Source: Thermoproteota archaeon
Lineage (GTDB): Archaea; Korarchaeota; Korarchaeia; Korarchaeales; Korarchaeaceae
DNA length: 64,000 bases
Assembly: GCA_015522685.1 (NCBI GenBank)
Contig: WALU01000035.1
Coordinates: 32,001 to 96,000, forward strand
Reading direction: 5' to 3'
The position numbers were made by a program, and so were the translations under genes. Shown here in pieces: positions 57,160-64,000 of the stretch; the stretch's first letter is position 1; each line of letters starts with the position of its first letter. Below the pieces are notes generated by a model. That model worked only from the letters and a program-made list of their open reading frames with translations, made no database searches and was not told the origin of the DNA.

Positions 57160-58275
57160 ATGAGCCTCACCAATCAAGATAGAGTAAAGAGTATGCTAAT
57201 AGATCTAGCAGGAATAAAGAGTTTTAGGGGAAGAGAGGGTGAGGTGGTCTACTATATAACGGATCTTCTTTCTAGATATGCAGATAAGGTAATACACCAG
57301 CCAGTAAAGGATTGCGCTGGTAATGTAATAGCATTTTTAAATGCAAAAAGTAAGGATAATGTTCTCTTATTAGCTCACACAGATACTTTTGAGATATATA
57401 CCAACTGGACTAAGAGTCCCTGGGGTGATATAGAGGAGGACAAGTTGTACGGCCTTGGCGTATTTGATGATAAGAGCATGATTGCAGCGATGATGGAGAC
57501 CTTAATTACTGCATCGAAGTGGGGCAATAGTAGAGGACTTGTATTTGCAGCTGTATGCGATACTGAAGGGTTTAGTAGAGGTACTTACGAACTGTTGAGA
57601 AGCGGCATACTTCCGAATGTAAGTAAAGCTATAGTGGCTGGACCTACAAATATGAAATTATTCAGAGGAGCTTTTGGTAGGTTCGTATTTGATGTAGATA
57701 TATGGGGACTAGCTGCTCCAGGTACCGAGGAGACGGGAATTAATGCCGTTATAGAGGCTGCTAAGATTATACTTTGGGCAATCGATCTGCCTAAGGTTGA
57801 TGGTATAGGAGGTAGTGTAGCTCCATTAAGTATAAAATCCCCTGAACTAATTATAGCCCACCCAGATAGATGTTTAGTAAGGCTAGATAGGCACTATCCT
57901 CCGGGGAATGATCCTGGAGTCATAAGAAAGAAGTTCATGAAACATCTCAAGAAGACCCCAGAGCTAAAAGCCAAGATAAAGGTATCGCTGATGAAGAGGC
58001 CTACACCATTTATGGAGCCGTATGAACTAGCAGAGAACGATGATTTCATAGAGGAGATTCAATCTATAGTAGAGGAGGTGATAGATAAGAGATTAAATGT
58101 TGATATTTACAGGACGGTATCTGACGCGAATTACCTTTATAGGATGAAGGGAATAAAATCTGTAATATTTGGACCAAGAGGAGGAAATCATCATTCAGCT
58201 GATGAGTATGTATCTCTACCATCAGTGTATAAAGTAGCTGAAATTCTTGCCCACTTGTTTAAACCACAGGGTTAG
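57160..58275 (+). CDS. M20/ArgE-DapE family metallohydrolase with degenerate active site
   Basis: LAHTDT, YGLG..DDK, GINAV, SDAN, FGP, HSADEYV; DEE replaced by DTE and GEPT by AGPT. Confidence 0.85.
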   Translation: MSLTNQDRVKSMLIDLAGIKSFRGREGEVVYYITDLLSRYADKVIHQPVKDCAGNVIAFLNAKSKDNVLLLAHTDTFEIYTNWTKSPWGDIEEDKLYGLGVFDDKSMIAAMMETLITASKWGNSRGLVFAAVCDTEGFSRGTYELLRSGILPNVSKAIVAGPTNMKLFRGAFGRFVFDVDIWGLAAPGTEETGINAVIEAAKIILWAIDLPKVDGIGGSVAPLSIKSPELIIAHPDRCLVRLDRHYPPGNDPGVIRKKFMKHLKKTPELKAKIKVSLMKRPTPFMEPYELAENDDFIEEIQSIVEEVIDKRLNVDIYRTVSDANYLYRMKGIKSVIFGPRGGNHHSADEYVSLPSVYKVAEILAHLFKPQG

Positions 58276-58277
58276 AA

Positions 58278-59399
58278 ATGATTTCTCAAGATTTTCTCAT
58301 AGATTTTCTCATCTTCTGGGCTGCTGTCTATGCAATCGGATCTGTCACGAGCAGATACTTAGGGAAACGTAGATTAAAGGTCAATATATTTTATATAGAG
58401 TTGTCATTTCCTCCAGAGAGTTTTTCTAGCGTGTTTAGACCATTGGGTAGAATAGTCGGCCCTCTTTTCAAGCTAGGCATAATCTCCTTACTTGCGCTTT
58501 CCGCAATAACATTTATTTATATGATTCAAATAACAATTAGTGCCATTTCTGGGCCTAAGGTAGCCGGAATAGTGCCAGTTATACCGGGAGTGACTTTTGA
58601 ATTGAGTGCACCTGTTCTTCTCTCGATATTCATCGTCTTAGTTGTCCATGAATTTGGGCATGCTGCTGCAAGCACATATGTGGGTGTCCAGATAAAGAAG
58701 ATTTCTTTTTTCATTCTATTTCTCTTTATAGGAGCATTTGTGGAACCAGATGAAGATTCTATAAAGAGACTTGATCCTGTACGTAGGATGGGAATCTACT
58801 CCTCTGGCATATTCATGAATATTCTAACAACATTGCTTGTAGTTATAATAGCACTTTCTATATTTCCTGGATTTCTCTATTCTCCATCCGGCGCCTATGT
58901 AGAAAATGTTTTTCAAAATGGTCCATCATATGGTATACTGCCCAATAATGTAGTAATCAAGCAGATAGGAAGGTATAAGGTTACGGATCTTAAGTCTCTG
59001 ATAGAAGCGCTGAGAGAGTATCGTCCAGGGGAGAGTGTTCAAGTAATTACAGATCGAGGATCATTTATAGTTAAGTTAGGGCCTAGACCAGATAACCCTA
59101 GTATGGCATTTTTAGGCGTTAGGCTCTCCTCTTTCCCATATTATTCCCCAATAATACCCCTTCCTAGTTATATTATTATCCAACTTATAGAATTATTCTA
59201 CTTTCTTTTACTCTTCAACATAGGATTAGCGGGCCTAAACGCCCTGCCAATGCTACCATTGGATGGTGGTTTAGTTCTATCAGAACTGCTAACGATCTAT
59301 CTCGGGAATGAAACATTGGCGAGAAAACTGACTTGGGCTGTATCAGCCCCTCTGGCTTTAATATTGGTATATAATGTGCTATTATTTTTCTTGAGTTGA
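58278..59399 (+). CDS. Site-2 protease (M50) with PDZ domain
   Basis: HEFGH, GAFVEPDE, SGIFMN, PDZ region, NALP..PLDGG. Confidence 0.92.
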   Translation: MISQDFLIDFLIFWAAVYAIGSVTSRYLGKRRLKVNIFYIELSFPPESFSSVFRPLGRIVGPLFKLGIISLLALSAITFIYMIQITISAISGPKVAGIVPVIPGVTFELSAPVLLSIFIVLVVHEFGHAAASTYVGVQIKKISFFILFLFIGAFVEPDEDSIKRLDPVRRMGIYSSGIFMNILTTLLVVIIALSIFPGFLYSPSGAYVENVFQNGPSYGILPNNVVIKQIGRYKVTDLKSLIEALREYRPGESVQVITDRGSFIVKLGPRPDNPSMAFLGVRLSSFPYYSPIIPLPSYIIIQLIELFYFLLLFNIGLAGLNALPMLPLDGGLVLSELLTIYLGNETLARKLTWAVSAPLALILVYNVLLFFLS

Positions 59400-60427
59400 T
59401 TAGATTGCCGAATCCATTCAAACAAGCTGCAGTACCTTTAGATGTAGATGATATTTTAGATATATCATTTAAAAGAGCTTTCAAGAAATTAAAGCCAAGA
59501 AAGAGCAAAGGAGATAAACTTCTCATTTACAAGGCAAGAGAAATATCAAGAATACAAGTGATATCGGATACTTTAACAAGTAGATTGAATAAAGTTGTTA
59601 AGAAGTTTCCCAATATAGACAAATTAGATTCCTTCTATAGAGAATTGCTTGATGTGCTAGCGAGTATCAATCGAATTAGGCACTCATTAGGAGCCATCCA
59701 ATGGGCTTCTAAACTAGTAAAGAGATTATCTAGGATATACATCATTAGAATAAGGAAATCAAATGATCTTGATCTCATGGTACAGCTAAGAAAGGAAGCT
59801 CTTGGTAGAATATCCTCTGTTATTAAGAGAGTAAGTCCAGAAATAAATTTCTTAAGGGAGGTAATACCTACTCTAAGAGATTTACCTGACTTAGATACCG
59901 AGGTAACAGCTGTAATAATAGCAGGAATGCCCAACACTGGAAAAAGTACATTACTATCCAGATTAACTACACAGGTACCTGAGATAGCTCCTTATCCTTT
60001 TACAACTAAGGGATTAATTATCGGACATGGAGAGTTAAATGGCGAGAAAATACAATTTATAGATACTCCTGGTTTGCTAGATAGACCACTATTTAAGAGG
60101 AATAGGATAGAATTACAGGCTATAGTAGCTCTAAAATATTTGAGAGGAATCGTGTTGTATATCTTTGATCCAACAGAGATATGTGGATATTCTATAAGGG
60201 AACAAGCTTCTCTACTAGAAGATCTCAAAAACTCTTTAAAGCAATTTATTATAGCTATCGTGAATAAAGCAGACTTAGAAAGGGAGTATAGAGAGAATTT
60301 CGAAAAAGTATCTGATTATTTGAGAAGGAGGAATATGAAATTCATAAAAATATCAGCTGAAGAAGGGATGGGATTACCAATGCTAAAGAAATTCCTATCT
60401 TACAATCTAAAGGAGGAAGTTGAATGA
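59396..60427 (+). CDS. NOG1-family GTPase
   Basis: GMPNTGKS, YPFTTK, DTPGLLDRP...RN.IE.QA, NKAD. Confidence 0.93.
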   Translation: MIRLPNPFKQAAVPLDVDDILDISFKRAFKKLKPRKSKGDKLLIYKAREISRIQVISDTLTSRLNKVVKKFPNIDKLDSFYRELLDVLASINRIRHSLGAIQWASKLVKRLSRIYIIRIRKSNDLDLMVQLRKEALGRISSVIKRVSPEINFLREVIPTLRDLPDLDTEVTAVIIAGMPNTGKSTLLSRLTTQVPEIAPYPFTTKGLIIGHGELNGEKIQFIDTPGLLDRPLFKRNRIELQAIVALKYLRGIVLYIFDPTEICGYSIREQASLLEDLKNSLKQFIIAIVNKADLEREYRENFEKVSDYLRRRNMKFIKISAEEGMGLPMLKKFLSYNLKEEVE

Positions 60428-61458
60428 AAGAGGTCTTCTTTCTCTCAGGAGAACATCCTCCCCTCCCAGAAGAAGAAGTGAAGGCAGTACTAGAATCATA
60501 TGGGGTTGAGTATAAGGTAGTGATGAAAGTGGATTCCGCACTCGTTCTGGATATTGATATAAAGCATCCTATTCGAAAATCATTGAGAGATAGGCTAGCC
60601 TTCACAAAATCTTTTGGAAGTTTACTAGCTATACTAAAGCCTGAGGACCTAACTAGAAGGAAGCTTGATGATATCAATCCTCCAAGGATTACAGGAAAAT
60701 TTCGGGCTACAGCAGTAAGAGTTAGAGGATGTTGTAAATGGATAAGGAGATCAGACCTAGAGAAGGAGATAGGATCTTGGATCCTTTCAAGAAATCAGAG
60801 AGCTAAAGTAGACTTAAGTAATCCAAATGCAGAGATAATCGCTTTACTTACTTCTAACATGATTATCATCCTTCTAAAGGAATATGAGATCGATAGGACC
60901 TTATTCAAAATAAAAGAGGTTGCAGCTAGACCTTTTGTCCATCCAGCATCTATGAGACCTACCCTAGCTAGAGCCATAATCAACCTAGCTAGAACTAGGC
61001 CGGATGATATGGTATTAGATCCATTCGTTGGAGTTGGTGGTATAGCTTTGGAGATATTATCTATTGGCGCTAAGGTGATAGGTGCTGACATAAGCGATAG
61101 AATGTTGTTTGAGACAAAGAATAATCTAATCGCCTATGGATTTCTGGAGGGATTTAAGCTGATATCTGGAAATGCCCTTGATCTGAATTTGGAGGAGAAA
61201 GTTGATAGAATAGTCACGGATCCACCATATGGTAGGATAAGCAAGCCGATCGGCTTTAGCTCCAGCGAGTTAGTGAGAAGATTTATCAAGAAGTCACCTG
61301 AATACCTTAAGAAGGGAGGTTGGATTGCTATATCTGTCCCTGAAGGACATTTAGATGAGCACCATTTCCTTGACTCAGGGTTTGAACCGATTCAGAGTTT
61401 CTATGTAAGAGAGCATAGATCTTTGACTAGGCACCTATGGACAGCGAGGTTACCTTAG
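60424..61458 (+). CDS. tRNA (guanine10-N2)-dimethyltransferase (THUMP plus MTase)
   Basis: LSGEHP.LP, VDL.NP, RPF.HP.SM.P.LAR, LDPFVG.GG, TDPPYG. Confidence 0.88.
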   Translation: MKEVFFLSGEHPPLPEEEVKAVLESYGVEYKVVMKVDSALVLDIDIKHPIRKSLRDRLAFTKSFGSLLAILKPEDLTRRKLDDINPPRITGKFRATAVRVRGCCKWIRRSDLEKEIGSWILSRNQRAKVDLSNPNAEIIALLTSNMIIILLKEYEIDRTLFKIKEVAARPFVHPASMRPTLARAIINLARTRPDDMVLDPFVGVGGIALEILSIGAKVIGADISDRMLFETKNNLIAYGFLEGFKLISGNALDLNLEEKVDRIVTDPPYGRISKPIGFSSSELVRRFIKKSPEYLKKGGWIAISVPEGHLDEHHFLDSGFEPIQSFYVREHRSLTRHLWTARLP

Positions 61459-61459
61459 C

Positions 61460-62368
61460 ATGAAGGTTAGGTTCTTAGGAACGAGCTCAGCAATACCTAC
61501 AGGTAGCAGGGGCTTACCTGCTATACTAATTAAAACAATGGATGATTCTATATTGCTAGATTGCGGTGAAGGAACACAGAGACAGATGATCAAAGCAGGA
61601 GAAAGTTTGATGAAGATACGTAATGTTATCATCACTCATTTACATGGGGATCACTTCTTTGGTCTTCTTCCGCTAATTCAGACATTAGGGATCCTCAGAA
61701 AGAACTCAGAGCTTCATATAATAGGGCCTTCTGGTTTAGAGGGCATAATTGGGGAGATAGAATATATAATGGGTTCTAAACACCAGTTTAAGACGTCCTT
61801 CACTGAAATAGAGACAAAAAGGATATATAAGCTTAACAAATTCATCTTAGAATTCTTCCCGGTAGATCATGCAGGTTTTGAGACATATGGAGTAAAGATT
61901 AGAGAAAAAGAAAAACCTGGCCGTTTTAATCCCGAGAAAGCGGATGAGCTTGAGGTACCGCCCATCCTCCGAGGAATACTTCAGAGAGGCTTCTCCGTCA
62001 AGCTTCCAAATGGAAAGATAGTAAAGCCACAGGAGGTAATGGGCCCACCTAGGAAGGGGCCTATTATAGTTTACTCGTCAGATACTAGGCCAGTAGAATC
62101 CGTAGTAAGCAAGGCGAAAGGAGTAGATATGTTAATTCACGAAGCTACATATTTACACGATTTGAGGGATAGAGCTATGGCTACTGGTCATAGCACCGCT
62201 CTAGAAGCGGGGGAAGTTGCTAATGCTGCCAATGTGAAGAAGTTGATTCTTACCCACTTTAGTGCTAGATATAAGGAAGAAGACTTAGTAAAATTCAAGA
62301 AAGAAGCATCTAACATCTTTAAAGGAGAAATTGTAATAGCTAAAGATTTTTTAACGATCAGCCTCTGA
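61460..62368 (+). CDS. rnz: Ribonuclease Z
   Basis: FLGTS, LDCGEGTQ, THLHGDH, exosite arm, HEATY, GHST, LTHFSARY. Confidence 0.95.
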   Translation: MKVRFLGTSSAIPTGSRGLPAILIKTMDDSILLDCGEGTQRQMIKAGESLMKIRNVIITHLHGDHFFGLLPLIQTLGILRKNSELHIIGPSGLEGIIGEIEYIMGSKHQFKTSFTEIETKRIYKLNKFILEFFPVDHAGFETYGVKIREKEKPGRFNPEKADELEVPPILRGILQRGFSVKLPNGKIVKPQEVMGPPRKGPIIVYSSDTRPVESVVSKAKGVDMLIHEATYLHDLRDRAMATGHSTALEAGEVANAANVKKLILTHFSARYKEEDLVKFKKEASNIFKGEIVIAKDFLTISL

Positions 62369-62375
62369 ATCTACT

Positions 62376-62858
62376 CTATTTGCTTCCAAAGAGAAGATCA
62401 TGAACTGTCGCCTCCTCAATAGGTCTTCCCCTCTCGGTCTTAGGTACAAGCCAGTTGGCTAGTACTATAGGATTTCCTTCATATTCTATCTTAAGTAGTA
62501 TTACGCCTAGAGGAGATATCTCTTCTCTATCACATAATCTTACCTTGCCGTTGTATGCCGCCTGTTTATGGAACCTCAAAGGCCTTAGTTCATGCTTTCT
62601 AGTTAACAGTAGGCTCCTAGCTGTATCTAAAACTCTATTATTTCTAAGTGAAGATCTGAGCTTTATTAGAGGCTCATAACCCTCCTTTCTAATAATTATC
62701 TGCTTTATTTCATCTCCTATCATCTCAACGTCATCTACTTCTTCATTAAAGGGGATTATTGTGTTAATAGCATGGAGGACTTTCTTTGGATCTTCTGTAG
62801 GATAAATCTCTGCCTCAGCTGTCAATTTAATATCTATCCTATTTTCAGATAGTCCCAA
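62376..62858 (-). CDS. DUF54/UPF0201 RNA-binding-domain protein
   Basis: IYPTEDP.KV..AI, LDTAR..L, KQAAY.G, SPLG.I, WL.P.T..G. Confidence 0.85.
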   Translation of the reverse strand: MGLSENRIDIKLTAEAEIYPTEDPKKVLHAINTIIPFNEEVDDVEMIGDEIKQIIIRKEGYEPLIKLRSSLRNNRVLDTARSLLLTRKHELRPLRFHKQAAYNGKVRLCDREEISPLGVILLKIEYEGNPIVLANWLVPKTERGRPIEEATVHDLLFGSK

Positions 62859-63244
62859 TTCTCGACCCTCCTCCTAGTAAAGCTCTCTAATTCTTCTATG
62901 AGAGGGGGGAATTTCAGAGAGATATATTGTTTTCTAGGAAAATCATCTAGCTTCCCTCCCAATTCTGTTATTACTTTTTTCAATCTTTTATAAAGTAATA
63001 CGCCTTCTCTATCGAAATCTGTTAGAATAATGAAAGTCTTACCTCCTACTCTCTTACACCCTTCATTCTTAATATCTCTAAGTAGAAGGGATGCCAAGGT
63101 GAATTTTCCCTTAATACCCACTCCTTTTAGTGCCTTCACATCCCTAGATCCCTCAACTACTATTTCAACGTCTAAAGGAGAAGATCTAGCGTTCAGCATA
63201 TTTACCCATTGAGCAATATAACTTATGAGAATCTTTGACCTCAA
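62834..63244 (-). CDS. Small Toprim-domain protein
   Basis: VVEGSRD..AL and ILTDFDREG Toprim motifs. Confidence 0.87.
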   Translation of the reverse strand: MRSKILISYIAQWVNMLNARSSPLDVEIVVEGSRDVKALKGVGIKGKFTLASLLLRDIKNEGCKRVGGKTFIILTDFDREGVLLYKRLKKVITELGGKLDDFPRKQYISLKFPPLIEELESFTRRRVENWDYLKIG

Positions 63245-63328
63245 ACAGATCTCCTATCGACTAGAGCCGGTATATGTTAATAAGATTATTTAGGGTGTTT
63301 TGTATATATATTGGGATGGTGAAGTACG

Positions 63329-64000
63329 ATGAAACGGAATGCAACAGTGCTAGTCATTATACTATTACCCATAATGATATCTTCTTTACTCGCACCGGTT
63401 ATGGAGATCTCCGGTGAGCCGAGCAAGAGTGCCTTTATAAATAGAATGAATGTTAATGCTGGGCTTCTCGAGAATTCCTCCGTAAGAGTAACAATAATTG
63501 CTGAAATTTTGGTACCAAGTGGATGTAATGGAACTATCAACTCGATTGCATTTCCTGTAGTACCTGTAGGAATTGCCATGGAGAATCCAGAGAAGGGGAT
63601 TCAGAACTACAAGGTTCTATTGGGTGACATAACTGTAAAGAAAATTAAAACTGAGTCCTTCAGTGATGTGTTGCTTGTTAAGTTCCTTAGAAAGTTAAAA
63701 CCCGGAAATGCGACTAATATATCGTTTACATTCACTCTCAAGCCATCTACAGCATTGGTAAGATTATCGGATAGTAGGTACAGGTTTGCTTATAGAATGT
63801 ACATGCCTAACATTACTGTTTACTATAACACTTCTACTATGAGGACAATACTTCCTTATGGGGCAGGCATAACTAAAGTTGGATCTAATGGTATAGTTGA
63901 GATGGATTCTCTCTCTGATAGACTAACTGCAGTGTGGAAAACTTTTGGACCACCAAGAGGAGCTGGTTGGGACTTTATCTTAGAATTCAAGATTTTAAAT
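63329..64000 (+). CDS. Secreted/membrane protein, 3' truncated by window (not in ORF track)
   Basis: GGTGA SD, ATG 63329, signal peptide MKRNATVLVIILLPIMISSLLA, frame appears open to the window end, beta-rich. Confidence 0.75.
   Translation, partial: MKRNATVLVIILLPIMISSLLAPVMEISGEPSKSAFINRMNVNAGLLENSSVRVTIIAEILVPSGCNGTINSIAFPVVPVGIAMENPEKGIQNYKVLLGDITVKKIKTESFSDVLLVKFLRKLKPGNATNISFTFTLKPSTALVRLSDSRYRFAYRMYMPNITVYYNTSTMRTILPYGAGITKVGSNGIVEMDSLSDRLTAVWKTFGPPRGAGWDFILEFKILN

Noticed and set aside
637-63579. Many 60-200 aa antisense or nested ORFs in the track (e.g. 2056-2436, 8769-9227, 14943-15458, 38802-39425, 51756-52229, 63286-63579)
   Set aside because: Ser/Leu/Phe-rich shadow frames lying opposite well-supported genes.
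1-64000. CRISPR array, IS elements, integrases, inteins, rRNA
   Set aside because: No regularly spaced repeats, transposase or recombinase motifs, intein insertions in atpA/lhr/tfb, or long GC-rich rRNA-like tracts seen.

Overview
Gene-dense, AT-rich archaeal chromosome segment of mostly housekeeping genes. It is most likely a TACK archaeon of the Korarchaeota type (inference from crenactin, multi-OB/Zn-finger RPA, helicase-less XPF, class I LysRS, Alba and an inactive-type proteasome beta subunit). It holds about 65 intact CDS, including a split A1Ao ATP synthase cluster (F-H-E-A-B-D-C converging on I-K), porDAB, thermosome, TBP/TFB/Rpo6 and an Rpo12 gene missed by the ORF track. There are 5 tRNAs (one with a BHB intron) and one C/D-box sRNA whose D guide predicts 2'-O-methylation of 23S A2577. 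Three heavily decayed pseudogenes lie in the apparently intergenic gaps of the first 10.5 kb: a KaiC/RAD55-like ATPase, a VapC/PIN toxin and a Clp1-like RNA kinase. I found no CRISPR array, integrase or transposase. The best leads are the gene-decay cluster, a crenactin with no recognisable arcade neighbours coupled to ogt, a WecB-RCK_C fusion, two tRNAs with C where U is expected (possible editing), and adjacent catalytically degenerate protease genes. All calls come from motif recognition by eye; no database searches were run.
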